A stretch of 64,000 bases of DNA from Myxococcota bacterium (lineage in GTDB: Bacteria; Myxococcota_C; UBA6777), in contig JAKLKB010000035.1 of NCBI GenBank assembly GCA_023150835.1, forward strand, positions 1 to 64,000. Direction: 5' to 3'. Within the stretch, counting starts at the first letter, position 1, and each line of letters opens with the position of its first letter. Positions 29,020 through 38,142 of this stretch are shown piece after piece. The notes beneath the pieces were generated by a model, which had not been told where the DNA came from, made no database searches, and saw only the letters and a program-made list of their open reading frames with translations. Both the position numbers and the translations under genes were made by a program.

Positions 29020-29470
29020 TCCCAGACTCCTTTGGTTTGCATGACGAGGACCACCCCAAACCCCCCCCGATAAATGGGGGTGCAGGCGACCTTCTCATGG
29101 ATTGGCTTGTGAAACCCAAGTGCTTCAGTCTTGGACGACTGACGTGGTTGGATAGGTTCTTTGTCGACGGTTCAGATGTTTTTGGAATGTATCACTGTGC
29201 TTTCGCACAGCAACAACCCCTCGCCCTCGGTGATGACTCAATAACGTGCAGAAAACAATGCTCGGGGGCATACATACCAGAGCCTTTGACTTTTGGCAAG
29301 ATAAAATCAATCAAAAAAAGAAGCAAACCTTTTTTGGCTTGACGCAGCGAAAAGGGACGTGCTACTTCCCGACGTCCTTTGTTGGGAATTGCACCCTCAA
29401 GCCGTTTTTGCGGTGTGTTTGTGTTGTGCGTGCAATTGAGATAGCGTGGTTTGTTGGGATGGAGTGTTGG

Positions 29471-30397
29471 ATGTCGCGGATAGCCGACTCGCTTTGTGAT
29501 CTTGTGGGCCGAACGCCGTTGGTGCATTTTTCGCGGGTCAGTCCGGGTCTTTCGGTGCGCTTGCTCGGGAAGCTAGAGAACTTGAATCCGGGGGCGAGCT
29601 TGAAAGATCGGATTGGTTTGGGGATGATCGAACAGGCCGAGCGTGCGGGGATCTTGCGAGCGGGCGGGGTGATCATTGAGCCGACATCGGGCAATACAGG
29701 GATCTCGCTTGCGTGGGTGGCGGCAGTCAAAGGTTACCGTTTGCTCTTGACGATGCCGGAGGGGATGAGCAAAGAACGCATCAAGATCCTGAAAGCCTAC
29801 AACGCGGAAGTGATCTTCACTCCCCGTCATTTGGGGATGCAGGGAGCCATTCAAAAGGCAGAAGAACTGGTGCGTGATCTCCCGGGTTCGTATATGCCCG
29901 AGCAGTTTAAAAACCCCGTGAATCCGCAGATTCATCACGACACAACCGCCCAAGAGATCTGGGAAGACACGGATGGACAGGTGGATATCTTTGTGGCGGG
30001 TGTGGGGACAGGCGGAGTGATCTCGGGTGTGGGTTGGGGGTTGAAAGAGCGCAAGCCCTCGGTGCGGGTGGTGGCGGTGGAACCATCGCGCTCTCGGGCT
30101 CTTTCGGGGGGGCCTGTGGGTCCACACGCCATCCAAGGTATCGGCGCGGGGTTTGTGCCGGATGTGTATGATGCGCGTTTTGTAGACGAGGTGATCCCCG
30201 TCCAAGAGGAAGAGGCGACGCAAGGCGCACGGATGCTTGCTACACGGGAGGGGATCTTGAGTGGGCTGTCTTCGGGGGCGGTGTTGTGGGCGGCTTTGCA
30301 GATCGCCAAGCGAACGGAAAACCAAGGAAAGACGATCGTTGTGGTGGTTTGTGACACAGGAGAGCGCTATCTCAGCACCCCGCTTTTTGATGATTGA
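29471..30397 (+). CDS. cysK: Cysteine synthase A
   Basis: KLENLNPGASLKDRI (PLP Lys), EPTSGNTG, GVGTGG, IQGIGAGF, DTGERYLST. Confidence 0.93.
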   Translation: MSRIADSLCDLVGRTPLVHFSRVSPGLSVRLLGKLENLNPGASLKDRIGLGMIEQAERAGILRAGGVIIEPTSGNTGISLAWVAAVKGYRLLLTMPEGMSKERIKILKAYNAEVIFTPRHLGMQGAIQKAEELVRDLPGSYMPEQFKNPVNPQIHHDTTAQEIWEDTDGQVDIFVAGVGTGGVISGVGWGLKERKPSVRVVAVEPSRSRALSGGPVGPHAIQGIGAGFVPDVYDARFVDEVIPVQEEEATQGARMLATREGILSGLSSGAVLWAALQIAKRTENQGKTIVVVVCDTGERYLSTPLFDD

Positions 30398-30468
30398 CAC
30401 CGCTGCGTCATGGCTCCAAGATGGGCGGCGTTTCTTTCCTCATCTCTTATCCTGTAAGGAGGCCCGCG

Positions 30469-32055
30469 ATGTCCAAAGACGTATTGGCGTTTGCTACGCT
30501 TGATCCCAAAACGCTTTCAGGCGCAAAGCCCACACAGTTGTACAATCTTGTGGGGGGAAAGTGGACTTTACCACGTGAGAACAGCGATATCCCTGACCCG
30601 CTCAATGGTGAGATCTTCCTCAAGATGCCGAACACCCGCAGCGATGAGATCCAACCTTTTCTTGACAGTCTTGCAAGCTGCCCCAAAAGCGGCCTGCACA
30701 ACCCCTTGAAAAATGTGGAACGCTATCGGATGTACGGCGATATCTCGGCCAAAGCAGCGGCAGCGATCCGTCAGCCCGAAGTGGCGGACTTTTTTGCACG
30801 TTGTGTTCAGCGTGTGATGCCCAAAAGTTACGCCCAAGCGATGGGCGAAGTGACGGTGGTGCGTTTGTTTCTGGAAAATTTTTCGGGCGATCAGGTGCGA
30901 TTTTTGGCGCGTGGATTTAGTCATCCCGGCGATCATCTCGGCCAACAGAGCCACGGCTACCGTTGGCCATACGGCCCTGTGATCGTCGTGGCTCCCTTCA
31001 ATTTCCCCCTAGAGATCCCTGCTTTGCAACTGATGGGCGCTTTGTACATGGGCAACAAAGTGTTGATCAAAAATGCTTCGACGACCAGCATGGTGATCGA
31101 ACAGTTCATTCGTTTGTTGCATCAGTGCGGGATGCCGATGGAAGATGTCGATCAGATCCATTGTGGTGGCCGTGTGATGGGCCAGATCATCGAAACGTCC
31201 AAAGCGCGTTCTCTTCAATTTACGGGAAGTGCGCCCGTTGCGGAACAGCTCGCGATCGCGACCAAAGGCAAGATCTTTATCGAAGATGCCGGATTTGACT
31301 GGAAGATCCTTGGCCCGGATTATACGCCCGAGAGGATGGACTACGTGGCTTGGCAGTGCGATCAAGATGCCTATGCCGCGAGCGGGCAAAAGTGCTCGGC
31401 ACAATCGATCTTGTTTGCACACCAGCGTTGGGTTCAGGCTGGTTTGTTCGACCGTTTGCGCGCTCTTGCGGCGCGTCGAAATGTCGAAGATCTCACGATC
31501 GGGCCGATCTTGTCGGTCACCAACCAAGAGATGGACGAACAACGCGACAAGCTGCTCAAGATCCCGGGCGCGCACGTTGTTTTTGGTGGTGAGCATCTTA
31601 CTGGGTATCCATTCCCCTCCATATACGGGGCTTACAAACCCACTGCGATCTTTGTCCCGCTGCCTGAGATCCTCAAAGAACAACACTTTGAAACCGTTTG
31701 CACCGAGATCTTTGCCCCGTTCCAAGTCGTCACCTCTTGGGAAGATCACCAACTGCCCCTTGTTCTCGAAGCTTGCGAGCGTATGCACTTGCACTTGACG
31801 GCTGCCGTCGTCTCCAACGATCCGCACTTTGTCCAACAAGTCCTTGCTCACACCATCAACGGAACAACCTACGCAGGGCTTCGTGCGCGTACTACAGGCG
31901 CACCGCAAAACCATTGGTTTGGTCCCGCTGGAGATCCGCGCAGTGCGGGTATCGGTACCGCAGAAGCCATCAAGCTTGTTTGGTCTTGTCACCGCGAGAT
32001 CATCCAAGACATCGGCCCCCTCCCCAACGGCTGGACGTTGCCCCCCTCCTCTTAG
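30469..32055 (+). CDS. Aldehyde dehydrogenase, ALDH12 (plant-type P5C/glutamate-semialdehyde dehydrogenase) family
   Basis: PFNFPLEIP, EDAGFDWK, SGQKCSAQS, TTGAPQNHWFGPAGDPR, EAIKLVWSCHREII match recalled ALDH12 motifs; AAGGAGG RBS. Confidence 0.88.
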   Translation: MSKDVLAFATLDPKTLSGAKPTQLYNLVGGKWTLPRENSDIPDPLNGEIFLKMPNTRSDEIQPFLDSLASCPKSGLHNPLKNVERYRMYGDISAKAAAAIRQPEVADFFARCVQRVMPKSYAQAMGEVTVVRLFLENFSGDQVRFLARGFSHPGDHLGQQSHGYRWPYGPVIVVAPFNFPLEIPALQLMGALYMGNKVLIKNASTTSMVIEQFIRLLHQCGMPMEDVDQIHCGGRVMGQIIETSKARSLQFTGSAPVAEQLAIATKGKIFIEDAGFDWKILGPDYTPERMDYVAWQCDQDAYAASGQKCSAQSILFAHQRWVQAGLFDRLRALAARRNVEDLTIGPILSVTNQEMDEQRDKLLKIPGAHVVFGGEHLTGYPFPSIYGAYKPTAIFVPLPEILKEQHFETVCTEIFAPFQVVTSWEDHQLPLVLEACERMHLHLTAAVVSNDPHFVQQVLAHTINGTTYAGLRARTTGAPQNHWFGPAGDPRSAGIGTAEAIKLVWSCHREIIQDIGPLPNGWTLPPSS

Positions 32056-32477
32056 TGAGATCTGGCCTTCGACGGCGCTCCTCGATCACCAGATCCGGGC
32101 GCCCTCTTCTTCCCATCCTCTTCCCGCTAGGGCGCTATTTTCTTGCCTGCCTTTTTTCAGCTTTGACACAACGCGGCGCAGTTTCGCTCTACAACCCGAT
32201 CTTGCTTCTTGTGCTTTGCCTGTTCTCATGGCATCCTGCCCCCTCGTCACAAGGCAAGGGGTCGCTTCGCACGGGAAAACCATCGAAAAGCCAAGGAGTT
32301 CTCTTGGTCTCGTCGCCCTACGACCCGCTGTTTGGCTTCAAGAGGGCCTTGCCTCCGAAGTCGAACACTTCCCGTCAAAAAGTTCTCTTCAAAGACGCTT
32401 TTTCGCTTCGAGGACGGCCTTGCTTGCGACCTCAACGACTTCTGCTTTTTCAAGCAGCCCTCTCAGGAGTCCCCGAC

Positions 32478-35400
32478 ATGATCTTGACGTGTTACCAATG
32501 CGGTCAAAGCTACGACCTTGCTGGATATCCTGCCGACTACGAATTCGCCTGCGTATGCGGTGCTTATCTTTATCATCCACAACATCCCCAATCTGCCGCC
32601 CAATCCCCCGCTGCTGCGGCCTCTTCTGCTTCGTATGATGGTTACAACGCCGGCCACTACGCTGCCTCGCACGCCTCGCAAACCAGCCTTCCTGCCGATT
32701 CGCCCTTTGCTGCCGAATCGCCCTTTGAAAGCTACAACCTCGATCTCGATGCCAGCGCCGAACAAGGTGATCAAACCAATTTCAGCGAAGGCACCGTCGT
32801 TCGCCAACAACCCACAAACCCCCATCAGTTCGTGGCGACCGAACAAATCTCCGCAGACATCGCCCAAGATCTGCTCAATCTGCGTGCCTCTTCTGGCCCG
32901 ATATCTGGGCTTCCAACGCTTGAAAGCCTACCGTTCGGCCAGCTTGAGTCTCTTGCTTCACCAAGCCCCTCGCAACAAGTGGATCTGGAGAAAAAAGAGC
33001 GCGAACTCCAACAAGCCCGCAACGACCTGCAAAAAGCAAAAGACACCCTCGCTGCTGTACAAAAATCTCAAGACGCTCTGCACAAACAACTCGATGACGC
33101 CAAAAAAGCCCTGCTTGAGGCACAGCAAGCCGCTGCTGTCCATGCAAGCAGCCCACCCCCACAAGATATCCCATCCCAAGCCGAGGCCGAGCAAGTCCGT
33201 AAAGAGCTCGAAGATCTCAAAGCCGTCTCCGAAAAAGATCGCCGCGAAAAAGAACGCGCACTCTTCTCCGAAAACAAACTCAAACGCGAGATCAAAAAGC
33301 TCGAAGAACAGATGGTAGAGCTTCAAAACAAAAGCAACGAAGAAGCCCAACGTACTGAAGCTGCGAACACACTCGAATCCCTCCAACAACAGATCCAAGA
33401 ACGCCAAGCGGATCTCAACGCCCTCCAACAATCCATCCAAGACACCGAAACCCGTCACGTCCAACTCCTCCAAACTCAACAATCCATCCAATCTTCCATC
33501 GACGCCCTCACGCTCGAACAACAACAACACACCCAAACTCGCGACGCTCTCCAAGCCGAGATCGAGCGCCTCCAGATCGCTGTCTCCCAACAGTCCGCCC
33601 TCCAAGAAGAAATCAGCGCCCTCCTCCAACAAAAAGCCGATGCGCTCGCCTCCATCGAACAATCCCGTCTCCTTGAAGCCGAACTCGCACAACAACGCAC
33701 CCAACTCGACGCATCGACCGCCGAGATCACACAGCAACGCAGCGAGATCGCCGAACAACAACAACGCCTAAACGACCAAACCGCCGAAGCTTCCGCACGT
33801 GAGGAGTCGCTCTCCCAACGCGAAGAACAACTCGCCCGATCCGAATCGCAACTCGCCGAGCGCGAACAAACTCTCCTCGCCCAACAATCCAAAACCCAAC
33901 AAACCCTCGAAGAAGCCACTCAAGCCCGCGCCCAAGCCGAAGCCGCGACCCAAGCCCAACGCGCCATCTTGGAAGCCAACAAAGCTGTGGAGCGACAACT
34001 CGAAGAACGCCGCCTCGCCGCCGAACAAGCCGAGACCCAAGCCGAAGAACGTCGCCTCGTCGCCGAACAAGCCGAGGCCCAAGCCCAAGCCATCCTCGAA
34101 TCCGCACAGGCCCAAGCTCAAGCCATCGCCGAAACCGCCCAATCCTCCGCTCAGGCACTCGTTGAATCCGCACAGGCCGAAGCCCAAGCCATCGCCGAAA
34201 CCGCCCAATCCAACGCTCAATCGCTTGTTGAATCCGCACAAGCCGAAGCCCAATCCATCGCCGAAACCGCCCAATCCATCGCCGAAATCGCCCAATCCTC
34301 CGCTCAGGCACTCGTTGAATCCGCACAGGCCGAAGCCCAAGCCATCGTCGAAACCACCCAAGCCAACGCTCAATCGCTGCTTGAATCCGCACAAGCCGAA
34401 GCCCAAACCGTCGCCGAGATCGCACAAGCCCAAGCTGCGGCGGCTCTTTCTTCGGCCCAATCGGAAGCCCAAGCTGCGCTCGATTCAGCCCAAAACCAAG
34501 CCAAAACATCGATCGAATCGGCCCAATCCGAAGCCCACTCCATCCTCGAAACCGCCCGATCCCAAGCTGACACCCTCGTCTCTTCCGCACAGTCCGAGGC
34601 CCAACTTCTGTTCGCTGAAGCACAGCAGATCAACGAAGAAGCCCTTTCTCTCCGAACTGCCGCACAAGTCGCTCACTCCGCTGCTCAACAAGCCACCCTC
34701 GAAGCCCAACAAGCCAAAGACGCCCTTGCTCTCGAACGCAAAAAACACGAAGAGATCCTCGCCTCCATCTCTCAAGAAAATATCCGCCAACAACAGCTTG
34801 TGGCCTCCCTTGAGCAAGAGAACACCGCACTCGTTGCGGAACGTGAGACCCTCGAACAGACTCGTCAACAGCACCTCGCCGCCAAAGCGGCTGCCGAACA
34901 GTCCGAAAACTCTGCAAAACAACGCACCTCCGCTGCGAGCGAAGCCGAACAAAAAGCCTCTGCCCAAAAAGCAGAAGCTGAAAAAGCCCAACAGACCGCG
35001 AAAATCGAACAAGACAACGCTCGAAACCTACTCGAACAAGCCCAAAAAGAACGCCGCACCGTCGAAGAGCGTCTCGCCCAGATCCAAGCCGCTATCCAAA
35101 AAGAAGAAGACACCCGCCAAGCCGCTTTGGCAGCCCAAAAAGAAGCGCAAAAAACCGCAGACCTTGCAGCAAAAGTCGAGGCTCAAAAAGCAGATGCCGA
35201 AAAAGCCCAACAATCGGCTAAGTCCGATCGCGACGCTGCACAACAAGAGCGCCGTGCCGCAGAGTCCGCCCTCGCCGAAGCCAAAGCCCTTCAAAAAGAC
35301 CTTGAACGCCTTGGCGATGAACGCCAAAAACACCAAACAGCCGAAAAAACCCTGCTCAGTACCAAACAAGCCACCGAACAAGCCATCCTTTCCTATCGGC

Positions 35401-35951
35401 GTGTTCGCCAACTTTCTGGTCTGTTTTTCGTCGGTGGCTGCTTGATGAGCCTCGCTGCTTTCTTGCTGTGGGTCTGGAAAGGCTCGACACAAGCCCGTTT
35501 TGATGCGCCGACTCACCGACAACAACACATCGAACCCACTCGCAACGCCCCGCCCACCATCCACGAGAGCTTCCAACGCGATAACCCTCCTCTGCTCAAC
35601 CCCCAAGATCCCGATGAATCACGCGAGATCACTCCGCCTCAGCTTCGCCTTCGCACCACTCCGCCCCCACAGCGTGATGCTTCCGCTCCTTCGCGTGTTG
35701 TGCCTTCTCTAAAACGCGATGCTTCCGCTCCTTCGCGTGTTGTGCCTTCTCTAAAACGCGATGCTTCCGCCCCTTCGCGTGTTGTGCCTCCAACGCCTGC
35801 CAAAACCACACCTTTACGCCCGACACCACGCCTTTTCTTGCCCCGTGTCCCCGCAGATCGACCGCTCGCGCCGACGATCCGAGCGCTACCTACTTCCAAG
35901 CCTACAAGCCAAAGCGCGCCTTCGCCGCGCCCCCCCGTCCCTCATCCATAA
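32478..35951 (+). CDS. ~1157-aa coiled-coil protein: N-terminal Zn-ribbon, 11-residue repeats, C-proximal TM, Pro-rich tail
   Basis: AGGAG RBS before ATG 32478; CYQC...CVC; AQAEAQAIxE(S/T) repeats; TM LFFVGGCLMSLAAFLLWVW; RDASAPSRVVP x3. Confidence 0.8.
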   Translation: MILTCYQCGQSYDLAGYPADYEFACVCGAYLYHPQHPQSAAQSPAAAASSASYDGYNAGHYAASHASQTSLPADSPFAAESPFESYNLDLDASAEQGDQTNFSEGTVVRQQPTNPHQFVATEQISADIAQDLLNLRASSGPISGLPTLESLPFGQLESLASPSPSQQVDLEKKERELQQARNDLQKAKDTLAAVQKSQDALHKQLDDAKKALLEAQQAAAVHASSPPPQDIPSQAEAEQVRKELEDLKAVSEKDRREKERALFSENKLKREIKKLEEQMVELQNKSNEEAQRTEAANTLESLQQQIQERQADLNALQQSIQDTETRHVQLLQTQQSIQSSIDALTLEQQQHTQTRDALQAEIERLQIAVSQQSALQEEISALLQQKADALASIEQSRLLEAELAQQRTQLDASTAEITQQRSEIAEQQQRLNDQTAEASAREESLSQREEQLARSESQLAEREQTLLAQQSKTQQTLEEATQARAQAEAATQAQRAILEANKAVERQLEERRLAAEQAETQAEERRLVAEQAEAQAQAILESAQAQAQAIAETAQSSAQALVESAQAEAQAIAETAQSNAQSLVESAQAEAQSIAETAQSIAEIAQSSAQALVESAQAEAQAIVETTQANAQSLLESAQAEAQTVAEIAQAQAAAALSSAQSEAQAALDSAQNQAKTSIESAQSEAHSILETARSQADTLVSSAQSEAQLLFAEAQQINEEALSLRTAAQVAHSAAQQATLEAQQAKDALALERKKHEEILASISQENIRQQQLVASLEQENTALVAERETLEQTRQQHLAAKAAAEQSENSAKQRTSAASEAEQKASAQKAEAEKAQQTAKIEQDNARNLLEQAQKERRTVEERLAQIQAAIQKEEDTRQAALAAQKEAQKTADLAAKVEAQKADAEKAQQSAKSDRDAAQQERRAAESALAEAKALQKDLERLGDERQKHQTAEKTLLSTKQATEQAILSYRRVRQLSGLFFVGGCLMSLAAFLLWVWKGSTQARFDAPTHRQQHIEPTRNAPPTIHESFQRDNPPLLNPQDPDESREITPPQLRLRTTPPPQRDASAPSRVVPSLKRDASAPSRVVPSLKRDASAPSRVVPPTPAKTTPLRPTPRLFLPRVPADRPLAPTIRALPTSKPTSQSAPSPRPPVPHP

Positions 35952-36020
35952 ATACCCATCAACAGACGGCCAGACTCGGATCGCTCTGGCTGTTTTTTTG
36001 AGCAACATACCGAATTTCTG

Positions 36021-36881
36021 ATGAAAAAACTCGAAGACCTCTACAGCCTCCCCCTTCGCCAAATCCCCATCGCTGTCTTCGATCTGGAAACGACAGGACT
36101 CCGCCCCCAAGTCGATGCCGTCTGTGAGATCGGCGCGGTGCGCGTGGAGGCTGGGGCTTTGACGGAAACCTACTCCACCTTCGTTCAGCCCCAACGCGAT
36201 ATCCCCCAAGAAGTGATCGATATCCACAACATCACTCCTGAGATGTTGACCGATGCTCCTTTGCTCGCGGAGGTCATGCCTCATTTTCTCGGATTCATCG
36301 GATCTTCGGTGATCGCAGGGCACAACATCGGCTTCGATCTGAGCTTTCTCCACGCGGCTTCTTTGCCTTGGGGTGTCGATCTTTACCAACGCCCCATCCT
36401 CGACACCGCTCACCTCGCCCGCAGACTTCTTCCCAAACAAAAAAGCTACGCTCTTGTCGCCCTCGCCCAACATCTCTCCCTCCCCTCGGGCTCTTTTCAT
36501 CGTGCTCTTGATGATGCCCAAACCACCGCCCACTTGCTCTTACTTCTTCTTCATGAAGCCGAAAAGCAAAAGATCGATACCCTCGCTCAGCTCGAAAAAA
36601 CCCATCCCTTCCCCGGAACTCCTCCCCCCATCCATCAACAATCTCCCCCCCTCGAAAAAGACCTTTGGCTCGCCATCCAACACCAACAACAAGTCCTGAT
36701 CCGCTACAGAAACGCACGCAACGAAGCGGTCGAACGCCAGATCTCCCCCGAACGCTTGATCTCCCCGTACCTCTATGCCTATTGCCATCTCCGACAAGAA
36801 CACCGTTCTTTCCGCCTTGATCGCATCGAATCCTATAAACTCCTTGAACCGACCACCTCCACCGATACCACCGAGCTTTAA
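36021..36881 (+). CDS. DEDDh 3'-5' exonuclease (DnaQ-like) fused to a C-terminal WYL domain
   Basis: DLETTGL, HNIGFD, HRALDDA; IRYRN...RQISPERL...YLYAYCHLRQEHRSFRLDRI. Confidence 0.88.
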   Translation: MKKLEDLYSLPLRQIPIAVFDLETTGLRPQVDAVCEIGAVRVEAGALTETYSTFVQPQRDIPQEVIDIHNITPEMLTDAPLLAEVMPHFLGFIGSSVIAGHNIGFDLSFLHAASLPWGVDLYQRPILDTAHLARRLLPKQKSYALVALAQHLSLPSGSFHRALDDAQTTAHLLLLLLHEAEKQKIDTLAQLEKTHPFPGTPPPIHQQSPPLEKDLWLAIQHQQQVLIRYRNARNEAVERQISPERLISPYLYAYCHLRQEHRSFRLDRIESYKLLEPTTSTDTTEL

Positions 36882-37381
36882 GGCGAAGAGGGCGAAGACA
36901 AGGGCTTGGATGTTGGGACGATCGTATTTGTCTTGGGGGCGACGTGATCGCGGGAGGCGGCAGGGGCAGGGCTGCGTGGTGGGAGGGAAGTGCGTGATCG
37001 AGGCGCGGGGTTTTTGGACGAAGAGGTGTCGTGTTGTTGGACCAGAAGATAGAGAACGAGCATCAAGATCACGACGATGATTCCGAGGATCTCGTAGGGC
37101 ATACGAAATTGGGGTTGTTGGTCGATGCGGGTGCGTTTTTGTCGGCGCACCTTTCGCTTGACTTTTTGCACGAAGTCTGAGGGGGCTTCGAGGGAAGGCA
37201 GGCGTTGCATAAGCGAGAGCGTCTGGCGCAAGCTTTCGAGTTCTGCGCGGATATCAGGTCTCTCTTGAAGAAGCGTCTCGACGACAGCGCGTTCGTCGTG
37301 GTCGAGATCTTCTTCGAGATAGCGGCTCAGCATCTCTTCGGTTTCCATGTCGGGGGGGAGGGTTGTTCGAACCACCGTCAT
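36878..37381 (-). CDS. Transmembrane anti-sigma factor
   Basis: LSRYLEEDL...VETLL anti-sigma-like N-terminus, single TM, overlaps the stop of the ECF sigma gene. Confidence 0.75.
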   Translation of the reverse strand: MTVVRTTLPPDMETEEMLSRYLEEDLDHDERAVVETLLQERPDIRAELESLRQTLSLMQRLPSLEAPSDFVQKVKRKVRRQKRTRIDQQPQFRMPYEILGIIVVILMLVLYLLVQQHDTSSSKNPAPRSRTSLPPRSPAPAASRDHVAPKTNTIVPTSKPLSSPSSP

Positions 37382-38028
37382 CGATCATCTCCAAAGCGGC
37401 GACCTTGCTGGGGGCGGATGGAGGCTCCTGTGGCAAGGTAAGGTTGCATTTGTTGGCGCAAGGCGCTGCGTGCGCGGTGGAGCCGCGACTTGACGGTTCC
37501 GAGGGCCAAGCCCGTGATCTCGGCGATGTGTTCGTAAGGCAGGTGCTCGATATCCCGCAATACGAGGATAATTCGGTGTTCTTCGTCGAGCGCCAGCAAC
37601 TCGCGTTGGATCAAGGTCTCCAGTTCGCGTCCCAAGAGTTGTTGTTCGGGGTTGGCGAGGGCCATCGAGACATGGGCTTGGATATCGGTCTCGGCAGTCT
37701 CGCTGATCTCTTGGGCTTTGTGAAAGTTTCGGCGGAACAGATACTTGAGGCGGTTTTTGCAGAGGTTGACGGTGATGCGGTACAGCCACGTTGAAAAAGC
37801 ACAATCTCCGCGAAACTGTTCCAAAGATCGATGCAGCGTGACAAAGACCTCTTGTGCAAGGTCTTCGGTCTCTTCTGGAATGCCCAAGATGCGATGCACC
37901 AAGTTAAAGACGCGGTTTTGGTAACGCCGCACCAGCAAAGAAAAAGCGAAGTCTTCGCCTTTTTTGACACGACGAACCAACTCGTCATCCGAAAAGGCCG
38001 CTTGTTCTTCCACATTCGATGTCTGCAT
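37378..38028 (-). CDS. ECF sigma-70 factor
   Basis: EDLAQEVF, FSTWLYRI, GTVKSRLHRAR; start uncertain (38028 or 38061). Confidence 0.92.
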   Translation of the reverse strand: MQTSNVEEQAAFSDDELVRRVKKGEDFAFSLLVRRYQNRVFNLVHRILGIPEETEDLAQEVFVTLHRSLEQFRGDCAFSTWLYRITVNLCKNRLKYLFRRNFHKAQEISETAETDIQAHVSMALANPEQQLLGRELETLIQRELLALDEEHRIILVLRDIEHLPYEHIAEITGLALGTVKSRLHRARSALRQQMQPYLATGASIRPQQGRRFGDDR

Positions 38029-38142
38029 CCGATCCTCTCGTGGTTTCGCCTCGATTTGCAAAGAATCTCAAACTGTTTCGCATCTTGGAGGGGATGGACA
38101 CGACCGACTGAAAAAAGTTCCTCTCCAGAAGGCACGCCGCGA

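Noticed and set aside
31698-32477. N-terminal 260 aa of the 1417-aa ORF
   Set aside because: Overlaps the ALDH gene; the RBS and Zn-ribbon support a start at 32478.
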